Below, one piece after another: positions 29,880 to 47,319 of a stretch of DNA of 64,000 nt. Location of the stretch: sequence record PQ356294.1; one strand, 5' to 3'. Below the pieces are notes generated by a model. It did no database searches, was not told the origin of the DNA, and worked only from the letters and a program-made list of their open reading frames with translations. Origin of the DNA: Escherichia phage Ec_YwIITB1. Position numbers and translations under genes: made by a program. Each line of letters opens with the position of its first letter. Position 1 is the first letter of the stretch.

Positions 29880-31349
29880 ATGATTGAATTAAAAGAGTTA
29901 CCTTTTGTTGATAGCGCTCCTGACGAAGGTCAAGAGCGTATTTCATGGATTAAAAATGGTGAAGAAATATTAGGAGCTAGTACTAAGTATGGAAATGATG
30001 GATCAATGAATAGACCTATTGTTTCCGTGTTTAAAAATGTCGAAGTTCTTGATGAAAATGTGGGAATTCTTAAAACTGCCATTGAAACATCACAGAAAGA
30101 TATTAAAACAATTCAAGGAGTTTTAGATGTATCAGGAGATATAGAAGCGCTATCACAGATCAGCGTTAATAAAAATGATATATCAAGTTTAAAGACGCTC
30201 ACAAGTGAACATACTGATATATTAAATGGTACAAATACTACGGTTGATAATATTCTTTCTGATATTGGTCCATTTAATTCGCAAGCAAATTCAGTTTATA
30301 GAACGATTAGAAATGATTTGCTGTGGATTAAAAGGGAACTAGGACAATATGCTGGACAAGATATTAATGGTCTTCCTGTTGTAGGAAATCCTAGCACAGG
30401 AATGAAGCATCGCATTATTAATAATACTGATGTCATCACTTCACAAGGAATACGTTTAAGCGAATTAGAAACAAAATTTATTGAATCTGATGTAGGTTCG
30501 CTTACAATCGAAGTAGGAAATCTTAGACAGGAATTAGGACAAAGACCGCCTTCATTTAGTGAAAGTATATATTCGCGTGTGCATAATTTAGATCAATCAC
30601 AAATTAATCTTAATTCCGAAATTAAATCTATCAAAACTTCTATTGGATATCCAGGAAATACTTCAATAATCACAGATGTTAACACTAATACACGAGAAAT
30701 TTCAGCTTTAACTGATGAGCTAAATAAAAGCGGAGGTGTTAAACAGCGATTAACTGTCATTGAAACATCAATTGGCTCAGATGATATTCCTTCTAGTATT
30801 AAAGGACAAATCAAAAATCACACAACTTCAATCGAAGCTCTAAATGGAATCGTCGGTGAAAACACTTCGTCTGGTTTAAGAGCGAATGTTTCATGGTTAA
30901 ATCAAATTGTTGGAACTGACTCCAGCGGAGGACAACCGTCTCCTTCTGGATCTCTATTAAACCGAGTTTCAGTTGAAGGAGAAGTTTCTGTTTTTAGGCT
31001 GAATAATGTTCAAAATCTACAAGTAGAGATAGGAAATAATAGAACAATTCAGGAATTAAAGGGCAAGTTATTGAGCTTACTTCCTTTATAAATGGAAATA
31101 ATCCTGACGGATCAACTGTTGAAGAACGCGGATTAACCAATTCTGTAAAAACGAACGAAACCAACATTGCAGCACACACACAGGAAGTAAGTAGTAATAC
31201 AGCCAAGAAGTAGTATATCTTCATTACAGGCGGATGTTCAGACTTTACAGGAAGCAGGTTATATTCCTGAAGCTCCAAAAGATGGCCAAGCTTACGTTCG
31301 TAAAGACGGCGAATGGGTATTACTTTCTACCTTTTTATCACCAGCATAA
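29880..31349 (+). CDS. wac: fibritin (neck whiskers), frame-disrupted in this sequence
   Basis: 403-codon ORF ends at TAA 31089; the continuation [17 protein letters not shown]... is in another frame to TAG 31211, and the C-terminal foldon [30 protein letters not shown] is back in the original frame. Confidence 0.8.
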
Positions 31350-31380
31350 CATGGGGCCGCAAGGCCCCAAAGGATTTTAA

Positions 31381-33082
<1,702 letters not shown>

Positions 33083-33123
33083 TAAATATTATAAACTAAT
33101 TAAAGCCCAGATTAGGAGAAATC

Positions 33124-36261
<3,138 letters not shown>

Positions 36262-36292
36262 ATATATTAAAGCATATTAAAGAGGATTAAAA

Positions 36293-38272
36293 ATGACTTT
36301 ATTATCTCCGGGCATTGAGCTCAAAGAAACTACGGTTCAAAGCACCGTGGTTAATAACTCTACTGGTACAGCAGCTTTGGCCGGTAAATTCCAGTGGGGT
36401 CCTGCTTTTCAAATTAAACAGGTTACGAATGAAGTAGATTTAGTTAATACTTTTGGTCAACCTACAGCTGAAACTGCTGACTATTTTATGTCTGCAATGA
36501 ATTTCTTACAATATGGAAATGATTTGCGAGTCGTGCGTGCTGTCGATAGAGATACCGCTAAAAACTCATCTCCGATTGCCGGTAATATTGAATACACTAT
36601 TTCTACCCCAGGTAGTAACTACGCGGTTGGAGATAAAATCACGGTTAAGTATGTTTCAGAAGATGTTGAAACAGAATGTAAAGTTACCGAAGTAGATGCT
36701 GATGGAAAAATTAAGAAAATTAATATTCCTACTGCAAAAATTATCGCTAAAGCAAAAGAAGTAGGCGAATATCCAGAATTAGGTTCTAATTGGACCGCGG
36801 AAATTTCTTCGTCTTCCTCTGGTTTAGCTGCAGTAATAACTCTTGGAAAAATTATTACTGATTCTGGTATTTTATTAGCTGAAATTGAAAATGCCGAAGC
36901 TGCTATGACAGCGGTTGAATTTCAGGCAAGTCTCGAAAAATATGGAATTCCAGGAGTAGTAGCTCTTTATCCAGGTGAATTAGGCGATAAAATTGAAATT
37001 GAAATCGTATCTAAAGCTGACTACGCAAAAGGAGCTTCTGCATTACTCCCAATTTATCCGGGCGGTGGTACTCGTGCATCTACTGCTAAAGCAGTGTTTG
37101 GATATGGGCCGCAAACTGACTCACAGTACGCTATTATAGTTCGTCGTAATGATGCTATTGTTCAAAGCGTTGTTCTTTCAACTAAGCGTGGCGAAAAAGA
37201 TATTTACGATAGTAACATCTATATTGATGACTTTTTCGCAAAAGGCGGCTCAGAATATATTTTTGCAACTGCACAAAACTGGCCAGAAGGATTCTCTGGA
37301 ATTTTAACTCTGTCTGGTGGATTATCATCAAATGCTGAAGTGACAGCAGGAGATTTGATGGAAGCTTGGGACTTCTTTGCTGACCGTGAATCTGTTGACG
37401 TTCAGCTGTTTATTGCGGGTTCTTGCGCCGGCGAATCTTTAGAAACAGCATCTACTGTCCAAAAACACGTCGTTTCAATTGGTGATGCTCGCCAGGATTG
37501 CTTAGTATTGTGCTCACCACCACGTGAAACTGTAGTTGGAATTCCTGTAACTCGTGCAGTAGATAATTTAGTTAACTGGAGAACTGCAGCAGGTTCATAC
37601 ACTGATAATAACTTTAATATCAGTTCAACCTATGCAGCAATCGATGGCAACTACAAATATCAGTATGACAAATATAATGATGTAAATCGTTGGGTTCCAT
37701 TAGCTGCTGACATTGCTGGTTTATGCGCAAGAACTGATAACGTTTCTCATACTTGGATGTCTCCGGCTGGTTATAATCGTGGTCAAATTCTTAACGTTAT
37801 TAAACTTGCTATTGAAACTCGCCAGGCGCAGCGCGATCGTTTATATCAAGAAGCTATCAACCCGGTAACTGGTACAGGTGGCGATGGTTACGTATTGTAC
37901 GGTGATAAAACAGCTACTTCTGTTCCTTCTCCGTTTGATCGTATTAACGTTCGTCGTCTGTTTAATATGTTGAAAACGAATATCGGACGTAGTTCAAAAT
38001 ATCGTTTATTCGAATTAAACAACGCGTTTACTCGTTCATCGTTCCGCACAGAAACTGCCCAATACTTACAGGGAATTAAAGCTCTCGGTGGAATTTATGA
38101 ATATCGTGTAGTTTGCGATACAACAAATAATACTCCGTCAGTAATTGATAGAAATGAGTTTGTTGCAACATTCTACATTCAACCGGCTAGAAGCATTAAC
38201 TACATTACCTTAAACTTCGTAGCAACTGCTACTGGTGCAGATTTCGATGAGTTAACTGGTCTTGCAGGTTAA
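36293..38272 (+). CDS. 18: gp18 tail sheath protein
   Basis: 659 aa, T4 gp18 length and position. Confidence 0.95.
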   Translation: MTLLSPGIELKETTVQSTVVNNSTGTAALAGKFQWGPAFQIKQVTNEVDLVNTFGQPTAETADYFMSAMNFLQYGNDLRVVRAVDRDTAKNSSPIAGNIEYTISTPGSNYAVGDKITVKYVSEDVETECKVTEVDADGKIKKINIPTAKIIAKAKEVGEYPELGSNWTAEISSSSSGLAAVITLGKIITDSGILLAEIENAEAAMTAVEFQASLEKYGIPGVVALYPGELGDKIEIEIVSKADYAKGASALLPIYPGGGTRASTAKAVFGYGPQTDSQYAIIVRRNDAIVQSVVLSTKRGEKDIYDSNIYIDDFFAKGGSEYIFATAQNWPEGFSGILTLSGGLSSNAEVTAGDLMEAWDFFADRESVDVQLFIAGSCAGESLETASTVQKHVVSIGDARQDCLVLCSPPRETVVGIPVTRAVDNLVNWRTAAGSYTDNNFNISSTYAAIDGNYKYQYDKYNDVNRWVPLAADIAGLCARTDNVSHTWMSPAGYNRGQILNVIKLAIETRQAQRDRLYQEAINPVTGTGGDGYVLYGDKTATSVPSPFDRINVRRLFNMLKTNIGRSSKYRLFELNNAFTRSSFRTETAQYLQGIKALGGIYEYRVVCDTTNNTPSVIDRNEFVATFYIQPARSINYITLNFVATATGADFDELTGLAG

Positions 38273-38929
38273 TTGATTATGGGGCTTCGGCCCCTATTCT
38301 CGAGGAAACAAGTGATTATTTCTAAGTTTGTTAAAGTGAAAATTGTACCATCAAATTTTAAACATTATCAATCAAAGGGTTATAAATTAACACCTCTTGG
38401 AGCGGTTAAACATGGATTTAGGTATTATGAAATTGATGTTAAAGTTGAAGACATTAAAGGTAATACCGCGTATGTAAAATGCCGTTGCGATAAATGTGGA
38501 ATTGAATATAACCAACGCATTGGAAGAAACACTGATATTTGTCGTGATTGCCGTCATAAAGATAAAATGCGCAATAATTCATATGGTTCCGCGAATAAAG
38601 GAAAAACAGTAGAATGTATGCATGGCGTAAATCATCCAAGATGGAACCCAAATAAATCTGAAATGCGTGAATATATTTCATTGGTATATAAAGAAACTCG
38701 TAAGCATAAGAAAATTTGGTCAAAATGGCCAAATGCTGATAAAATAGGAGTGTGCGGTACAAAAGGTGCTTACCAACTTGATCATAAGGTATCTATCAAA
38801 TACGGTTTTGATAATTTAATTCCTGTTGAAATAATTGGCGGTATTAATAATTTAGAAATAATCACTTGGGAATCTAACCGAGAAAAATCAAAAAGAAATA
38901 GTGTAGATCTTTGGGATTTACTAGAATGA
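38273..38929 (+). CDS. HNH-family homing endonuclease (Mob-like), free-standing
   Basis: 218 aa between genes 18 and 19; N-terminal zinc-ribbon cysteines CRCDKCG...CRDCRH and C-terminal HNH-like region YQLDHKVSIKYGF...NNLEIITWESNREKSKRN. Confidence 0.65.
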   Translation: MIMGLRPLFSRKQVIISKFVKVKIVPSNFKHYQSKGYKLTPLGAVKHGFRYYEIDVKVEDIKGNTAYVKCRCDKCGIEYNQRIGRNTDICRDCRHKDKMRNNSYGSANKGKTVECMHGVNHPRWNPNKSEMREYISLVYKETRKHKKIWSKWPNADKIGVCGTKGAYQLDHKVSIKYGFDNLIPVEIIGGINNLEIITWESNREKSKRNSVDLWDLLE

Positions 38930-38955
38930 TTCTAAAGGCCTGTTTCGGCAGGCCA

Positions 38956-39022
38956 TATAAATACACTATATCCTTAATTCTTTAATTCTATATGCCCTAG
39001 GTTAAACATAGGGATATAAATA
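38956..39022 (+). promoter_or_regulatory. two late promoters upstream of gene 19
   Basis: TATAAATA at 38956..38963 and 39015..39022. Confidence 0.55.
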
Positions 39023-39036
39023 CTACAGAGGCTAAT

Positions 39037-39528
39037 ATGTTTGTAGATGATGTAACACGAGCGTTTGAATCTGGTGATTTTGCTCGACCTAACTTATTCC
39101 AAGTAGAAATTTCTTATCTTGGACAAAATTTTACGTTTCAATGTAAAGCCACTGCTTTACCAGCTGGTATTGTAGAAAAAATTCCAGTCGGTTTTATGAA
39201 CCGTAAAATTAACGTAGCAGGCGATCGTACATTCGATGACTGGACTGTTACAGTAATGAACGATGAGGCACATGATGCTCGCCAGAAGTTTGTTGATTGG
39301 CAAAGCATTGCTGCTGGGCAAGGGAACGAAATTACTGGTGGAAAACCAGCAGAGTATAAAAAGAGTGCTGTTGTTCGCCAATATGCTCGTGACGCTAAAA
39401 CTGTAACAAAAGAAGTTGAAATTAAAGGCCTGTGGCCTACTAACGTGGGTGAACTTCAATTAGATTGGGATTCAAACAATGAAATCCAAACCTTTGAAGT
39501 AACTCTCGCTCTCGATTATTGGGAATAA
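39037..39528 (+). CDS. 19: gp19 tail tube protein
   Basis: 163 aa, T4 gp19 length and position. Confidence 0.95.
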   Translation: MFVDDVTRAFESGDFARPNLFQVEISYLGQNFTFQCKATALPAGIVEKIPVGFMNRKINVAGDRTFDDWTVTVMNDEAHDARQKFVDWQSIAAGQGNEITGGKPAEYKKSAVVRQYARDAKTVTKEVEIKGLWPTNVGELQLDWDSNNEIQTFEVTLALDYWE

Positions 39529-39560
39529 AATGAATGGGGAGAAATCCCCATCCTGCTTAA

Positions 39561-41185
<1,625 letters not shown>

Positions 41186-41186
<1 letters not shown>

Positions 41187-41425
41187 TGGAAGGTTTAATT
41201 GAAGCTATTAAATCAAACGACCTCGTAGCCGCTCGTAAATTATTTGCTGAAGCCATGGCTGCAAGAACGACTGATTTAATTAAAGAAGAAAAAATCGCTA
41301 TCGCTCGTAATTTCTTAATCGAAGGTGAAGAACCTGATGACGAGGATGATGACGAAGACGAAGATAGTGATGATAAAGACGACAAAAAAGACAAAGACTC
41401 TGACGAAGACGAGGATGATGAATAA
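41186..41425 (+). CDS. 67: gp67 prohead core protein
   Basis: 79 aa, [20 protein letters not shown] with acidic D/E-rich C-terminus as in T4 gp67. Confidence 0.9.
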
Positions 41426-41850
41426 TGCTTCTGATCCCTGAAACTCATGAATTGGTTCTCGAGAATGTCGAAGCACTTATTCCTGAAGCACAGGGTCGCT
41501 TTGACGAATTGTCTTCTGCTTTAAATAAAGACGATATAAATACAATTGTCGAGAATATGCTTGATGATGAAACTGATTTAGCGGTTGCATTAGCTTCTAT
41601 TAATGAAAATATGCCGTTAAATGAATTTATCGTTAAACATGTTTCTGCCCGTGGTGAAATTACTCGCACCAAAGATCGCAAAACCCGCGAACGTAATGCA
41701 TTTCAAACTACCGGGTTGTCTAAAGCAAAACGTAGACAAATTGCTCGTAAAGCTACCAAAACGAAGATTGCCAATCCAGCAGGTCAATCTCGTGCTCAGC
41801 GTAAGCGTAAAAAAGCTCTTAAACGCCGTAAAGCATTAGGATTAAGCTAA
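41425..41850 (+). CDS. 68: gp68 prohead core protein
   Basis: 141 aa, T4 gp68 length and position. Confidence 0.85.
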
Positions 41851-42488
41851 TGAATGAACCCCAATTACTAATTGAAACTTGGGGTCAACCTGGCGAAATT
41901 ATTGATGGCGTACCAATGCTTGAATCTCATGATGGAAAAGACTTAGGTTTAAAACCGGGTTTATACATCGAAGGAATATTCATGCAAGCGGAAGTCGTCA
42001 ATAGAAATAAACGTCTTTATCCAAAACGTATATTAGAAAAAGCGGTAAAAGACTATATTAATGAGCAAGTTTTAACTAAACAAGCTCTCGGAGAATTAAA
42101 TCATCCTCCACGCGCTAATGTTGACCCGATGCAAGCCGCTATCATTATAGAAGATATGTGGTGGAAAGGAAATGACGTATACGGACGAGCTCGTGTTATT
42201 GAAGGTGACCACGGTCCTGGAGATAAATTAGCAGCTAATATTCGTGCCGGATGGATTCCAGGAGTTTCTTCTCGTGGATTAGGTTCATTGACTGACACAA
42301 ATAAAGGTTATCGTATCGTAAACGAAGGATTCAAATTAACTGTAGGTGTTGATGCAGTATGGGGTCCAAGTGCTCCAGATGCATGGGTAACTCCTAAGGA
42401 AATTACCGAATCACAGACGGCGGAAGCCGATACAAGTGCCGATGACGCCTATATGGCTCTCGCAGAGGCCATGAAAAAAGCGTTATAA
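41850..42488 (+). CDS. 21: gp21 prohead core scaffold protease
   Basis: 212 aa, T4 gp21 length and position. Confidence 0.9.
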   Translation: MNEPQLLIETWGQPGEIIDGVPMLESHDGKDLGLKPGLYIEGIFMQAEVVNRNKRLYPKRILEKAVKDYINEQVLTKQALGELNHPPRANVDPMQAAIIIEDMWWKGNDVYGRARVIEGDHGPGDKLAANIRAGWIPGVSSRGLGSLTDTNKGYRIVNEGFKLTVGVDAVWGPSAPDAWVTPKEITESQTAEADTSADDAYMALAEAMKKAL

Positions 42489-42518
42489 ATATTATTATCT
42501 AAACAACAGGACTACAAA

Positions 42519-43328
42519 ATGCTTAAAGAACAACTGATTGCTGAAGCGCAAAAAATTGATGCTTCCGTTGCTCTTGATAGTATTTTCGAATCAGTTAATA
42601 TTTCTCCGGAAGCAAAAGAAACTTTCGGCACTGTATTCGAAGCTACCGTCAAGCAGCACGCCGTTAAATTAGCTGAATCTCATATCGCTAAAATTGCTGA
42701 AAAAGCAGAAGAAGAAGTAGAAAAAAATAAAGAAGAAGCCGAAGAAAAAGCTGAGAAGAAAATCGCTGAGCAAGCTTCTAAATTCATCGACCATCTTGCA
42801 AAAGAATGGCTCGCTGAAAATAAATTAGCAGTTGATAAAGGCATCAAAGCCGAACTATTTGAATCCATGCTTGGTGGATTAAAAGAGCTCTTTGTTGAAC
42901 ACAACGTTGTTGTTCCAGAAGAATCAGTTGATGTTGTAGCTGAAATGGAAGAAGAGCTGCAAGAACATAAAGAAGAATCAGCTCGTCTGTTCGAAGAACT
43001 CAATAAGCGTGACGCATATATCAATTATGTGCAGCGTGAAGTGGCATTGAGCGAAAGTACTAAAGATCTGACTGAGTCTCAAAAAGAAAAAGTCTCTGCT
43101 CTGGTCGAAGGTATGGATTATTCAGATGCATTCTCAAGTAAATTGAGTGCCATCGTAGAAATGGTGAAGAAGTCTAATAAAGATGAAAGCACTATTACTG
43201 AGGGTATAAATACTCCTGATACTGAAGCAGCCGGACTGAATTTCGTCACTGAAGCTGTAGAAGATAAAACTGCACCTGGTGCAGAAGATATTGTAAGTGT
43301 ATATGCGAAAGTCGCATCTCGTTTCTAA
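42519..43328 (+). CDS. 22: gp22 prohead core scaffold protein
   Basis: 269 aa, acidic coiled-coil, T4 gp22 length and position. Confidence 0.9.
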   Translation: MLKEQLIAEAQKIDASVALDSIFESVNISPEAKETFGTVFEATVKQHAVKLAESHIAKIAEKAEEEVEKNKEEAEEKAEKKIAEQASKFIDHLAKEWLAENKLAVDKGIKAELFESMLGGLKELFVEHNVVVPEESVDVVAEMEEELQEHKEESARLFEELNKRDAYINYVQREVALSESTKDLTESQKEKVSALVEGMDYSDAFSSKLSAIVEMVKKSNKDESTITEGINTPDTEAAGLNFVTEAVEDKTAPGAEDIVSVYAKVASRF

Positions 43329-43346
43329 TTTTAAAGGTTAACACAA

Positions 43347-44908
43347 ATGACTATCAAAACTAAAGCTGAACTTTTGAACAAATGGAAGCCATTACTGGAA
43401 GGTGAAGGTTTACCGGAAATTGCTAATAGCAAACAAGCGATTATCGCTAAAATCTTTGAAAACCAGGAAAAAGATTTCCAGACAGCTCCAGAGTACAAAG
43501 ACGAAAAAATCGCCCAGGCGTTCGGTTCTTTCTTAACAGAAGCTGAAATCGGTGGTGACCACGGTTACAACGCTACTAACATTGCTGCTGGTCAGACTTC
43601 TGGCGCAGTAACTCAGATTGGCCCAGCTGTTATGGGTATGGTACGTCGTGCTATTCCTAACCTGATTGCTTTCGATATTTGCGGTGTTCAGCCGATGAAT
43701 AGCCCGACTGGCCAGGTATTTGCACTGCGTGCAGTATATGGTAAAGACCCAATCGCTGCTGATGCTAAAGAAGCATTCCACCCAATGTATGGTCCAGATG
43801 CAATGTTCTCTGGTCAGGGTGCTGCTAAGAAATTCGCGCTAGCACACAAACTACTGTAAGTTGGAACCATTTACACCTATTTCTTCCAGGAAACTGGTAC
43901 TGTATATCTGCAAGCTACCTCTAGTTAAAGCAAATTGATACAAGTGCTTCTGACGCAGCTAAATTAGATGCTGAAATTAAGAAACAAATGGAAGCTGGCG
44001 TATTGGTAGAAATCGCTGAAGGTATGGCTACTTCTATCGCTGAACTTCAGGAAGGTTTCAACGGTTCTACCGATAACCCATGGAATGAAATGGGATTCCG
44101 TATCGATAAACAAGTTATCGAAGCTAAATCTCGTCAGCTGAAAGCTGCTTACTCTATCGAATTAGCACAAGACCTCCGCGCTGTTCACGGTATGGATGCT
44201 GATGCTGAACTGTCTGGTATTCTGGCTACCGAAATCATGCTGGAAATCAACCGTGAAGTTGTTGATTGGATTAACTACTCAGCTCAGGTTGGTAAATCTG
44301 GTATGACCCTGACTCCGGGTTCTAAAGCTGGTGTATTTGACTTCCAGGATCCGATTGATATTCGCGGTGCTCGCTGGGCAGGTGAATCCTTTAAAGCTCT
44401 GTTGTTCCAGATTGACAAAGAAGCAGTTGAAATTGCTCGTCAGACCGGTCGTGGTGAAGGTAACTTCATTATCGCTTCCCGTAACGTAGTTAACGTTCTG
44501 GCTTCAGTTGATACTGGCATTTCTTATGCTGCACAGGGTCTGGCTACCGGCTTTAACACTGATACTACCAAGTCAGTATTTGCTGGTGTTCTGGGTGGTA
44601 AATACCGTGTATACATCGACCAGTATGCTAAACAGGATTATTTCACTGTAGGTTATAAAGGTCCGAACGAAATGGATGCTGGTATTTACTACGCTCCATA
44701 TGTAGCTCTGACTCCGCTGCGTGGTTCCGATCCGAAGAACTTCCAACCGGTAATGGGATTCAAAACTCGTTACGGTATCGGTATCAACCCATTTGCAGAA
44801 TCCGCTGCTCAGGCTCCGGCTTCTCGCATCCAAAGCGGTATGCCTTCTATTCTTAATAGCCTTGGTAAAAACGCTTACTTCCGCCGTGTATATGTTAAAG
44901 GTATCTAA
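43347..44908 (+). CDS. 23: gp23 major capsid protein, frame-disrupted in this sequence
   Basis: ORFs 43347..43859 (170 aa, MTIKTKAELLNKWKPLLEGEG...) and 43988..44908 (306 aa, ...MEAGVLVEIAEGMATSIAELQEGFNG... to YFRRVYVKGI) match the N- and C-terminal parts of T4 gp23; the 130 nt between them encodes the conserved middle in alternating frames with two in-frame TAA stops. Confidence 0.9.
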
Positions 44909-44922
44909 TCTTTGACGATTTA

Positions 44923-44952
44923 AGGGACCTTCGGGTCCCTTTAGTTGTTTTT
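44923..44952 (+). terminator. intrinsic terminator after gene 23
   Basis: Hairpin agggacc-ttcg-ggtccct followed by a T-rich run. Confidence 0.6.
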
Positions 44953-44956
44953 ATGG

Positions 44957-44964
44957 TATAAATA
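44957..44964 (+). promoter_or_regulatory. late promoter for gene 24
   Basis: TATAAATA 28 nt upstream of the gene 24 ATG. Confidence 0.6.
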
Positions 44965-44991
44965 AATCATATAAACCAAAAGGAAAGCGCA

Positions 44992-46275
44992 ATGGCTAAA
45001 ATCAACGAACTTCTGCGCGAATCAACCACAACGAATAGCAACTCAATCGGTCGCCCAAATCTCGTTGCTTTGACTCGCGCTACCACTAAATTAATATATT
45101 CTGACATTGTAGCAACGCAAAGAACTAATCAACCTGTTGCTGCTTTTTATGGTATCAAATACCTTAACCCGGATAACGAATTTACATTTAAAACTGGTGC
45201 TACTTACGCCGGCGAAGCTGGGTATGTAGACCGAGAACAAATCACAGAATTAACAGAAGAGTCTAAATTAACTCTCAATAAAGGCGATTTATTCAAATAT
45301 AATAATATCGTTTATAAAGTATTAGAAAATACACCATTTGCTGATATTGAAGAAAGTGATTTAGAATTAGCTCTTCAGATTGCAATTGTTCTTTTAAAGG
45401 TTCGTCTATTTTCTGATGCTGCAGTAACAAGCAAATTTGAAAGCTCTGATAGTGAAATTGCGGATGCTAGATTCCAGATTAATAAATGGCAAACCGCAGT
45501 TAAATCTCGTAAACTTAAAACTGGCATCACAGTCGAATTAGCACAAGATTTAGAAGCAAACGGATTCGATGCTCCTAATTTCTTGGAAGATTTGCTTGCA
45601 ACTGAAATGGCGGATGAAATCAATAAAGATATTTTACAGTCTTTGATTACAGTGTCAAAACGCTATAAAGTTACAGGAATTACTGATACTGGATTCATTG
45701 ATTTGAGTTATGCATCTGCACCTGAAGCTGGTCGTTCATTATACCGAATGGTATGTGAAATGGTTTCGCATATCCAAAAAGAATCAACTTATACTGCAAC
45801 GTTCTGTGTTGCTTCAGCTCGTGCCGCTGCGATTCTTGCTGCATCAGGTTGGTTAAAACATAAACCGGAAGATGATAAATATCTTTCACAAAATGCCTAC
45901 GGGTTCTTAGCTAATGGTTTACCGCTTTATTGCGATACCAACAGTCCATTAGATTATGTAATCGTTGGCGTAGTAGAAAATATCGGTGAAAAAGAAATTG
46001 TTGGATCAATTTTCTATGCTCCGTATACAGAAGGTCTTGACTTAGATGACCCTGAACATGTAGGTGCATTTAAAGTTGTAGTTGATCCAGAAAGTTTGCA
46101 GCCATCTATCGGTTTATTAGTTAGATATGCTTTATCTGCAAATCCTTACACTGTAGCAAAAGATGAAAAAGAAGCAAGAGTAATTGATGGTGGAGATATG
46201 GATAAAATGGCGGGTCGTTCAGATTTGTCTGTTTTATTAGGTGTTAAGCTACCAAAAATTATCATTGATGAATAA
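44992..46275 (+). CDS. 24: gp24 capsid vertex protein
   Basis: 427 aa, gp23 paralogue at the T4 gp24 position. Confidence 0.9.
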   Translation: MAKINELLRESTTTNSNSIGRPNLVALTRATTKLIYSDIVATQRTNQPVAAFYGIKYLNPDNEFTFKTGATYAGEAGYVDREQITELTEESKLTLNKGDLFKYNNIVYKVLENTPFADIEESDLELALQIAIVLLKVRLFSDAAVTSKFESSDSEIADARFQINKWQTAVKSRKLKTGITVELAQDLEANGFDAPNFLEDLLATEMADEINKDILQSLITVSKRYKVTGITDTGFIDLSYASAPEAGRSLYRMVCEMVSHIQKESTYTATFCVASARAAAILAASGWLKHKPEDDKYLSQNAYGFLANGLPLYCDTNSPLDYVIVGVVENIGEKEIVGSIFYAPYTEGLDLDDPEHVGAFKVVVDPESLQPSIGLLVRYALSANPYTVAKDEKEARVIDGGDMDKMAGRSDLSVLLGVKLPKIIIDE

Positions 46276-46305
46276 AACAAAGGGACCGAAAGGTCCCTTT
46301 TTTAT
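46273..46305. terminator. bidirectional terminator between gene 24 and rnlB
   Basis: Hairpin agggacc-gaa-aggtccct flanked by a T-run on the plus strand and an A-run upstream. Confidence 0.6.
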
Positions 46306-47310
46306 TTAACTTACCAATTCAATCCAAGCCGGACGAAGTACATCTTGTACCATTTTAACTAATTCCTTCTTAATCAAAGAAGGATTATCCGCTTGAGTTA
46401 GAGTAATACCTTCACGAGAAGTTTCTTCCAAAATATCTTGAACCGTTAGCCCCATCACCTTTCCAAAATCTTTTGGACCAATTTCACCAATTTTAGAAAT
46501 AACGTTATTTACTCGGTTCAGTGTAACGTAACAAGCTAAAATTCCAAGCAATTTATTATCAGCTTCTGACAGTTCAACTTTAGCTTTAATAGGCTTATCA
46601 GACTTTTTCTTTTCACTAAATTTAGAGTTCTTGCATTTGATAGCTACGCGATTGCCGTTATGCATCCAAGAAGGATAACAAGGTTTCAATACATATCCTT
46701 CAGCGGTAAATACTTCGCCTTTTACTTCAGCATTCCAAACGCATTTATTTGCATCAACTAATCCAGCATGGTCTACCGTAAAATTATAATCCTGGACGAC
46801 AGAATCTAAATCATTTGGCAATTTAATAAGTTCTTCAAATTTACCGCGACCTAAAAGTGGAGCCATTTTAAATTTAAATGTATTACAGAATGATTCCATC
46901 ATATAATCATCGACATAAGTCACATCACCACTTTCTGTAGTAACAATAATGTCAAATACATAAAAATCTTTATCGCCATAATCGACATTCTTCTGAATGC
47001 CAGGTCCAGCGAATTCGCCAAAAACTTGATAAGATACAACCGCTGAAGTTTCCATAATTTCTTGTACTGCTTTAATGGAATCAGAGTAATTCTTCAAAAT
47101 AATTTCATACCCAAAGAAATCTTCAGCAGGAAGAATAGGACCAGTACGTTTAGCGCAAGTTACTTTATCACGCTCAATAATCAATGAGAAATTTGTGCCG
47201 TGAATCTTTTCACGAGCTACCCACTCCCCACCAGTCAATCCCAAGCTATAAAGTTTTTCAATGAATTTAGAATTGTAATGATTTTCAAGACTGCTATACT
47301 TTTTAAACAT
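46306..47310 (-). CDS. rnlB: RNA ligase 2
   Basis: 334 aa; nucleotidyltransferase motif I around K35 (EKIHGTNFS); T4 Rnl2 length and position. Confidence 0.9.
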   Translation of the reverse strand: MFKKYSSLENHYNSKFIEKLYSLGLTGGEWVAREKIHGTNFSLIIERDKVTCAKRTGPILPAEDFFGYEIILKNYSDSIKAVQEIMETSAVVSYQVFGEFAGPGIQKNVDYGDKDFYVFDIIVTTESGDVTYVDDYMMESFCNTFKFKMAPLLGRGKFEELIKLPNDLDSVVQDYNFTVDHAGLVDANKCVWNAEVKGEVFTAEGYVLKPCYPSWMHNGNRVAIKCKNSKFSEKKKSDKPIKAKVELSEADNKLLGILACYVTLNRVNNVISKIGEIGPKDFGKVMGLTVQDILEETSREGITLTQADNPSLIKKELVKMVQDVLRPAWIELVS

Positions 47311-47319
47311 AATTAATCC

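Noticed and set aside
43836-43930. Programmed translational bypass or frameshift in gene 23, by analogy with T4 gene 60
   Set aside because: Three frame changes within 90 nt with no take-off/landing codon pair or stem-loop resembling the gene 60 element, and similar run-associated disruptions in wac, hoc and a small membrane-protein gene; sequencing error is the simpler explanation
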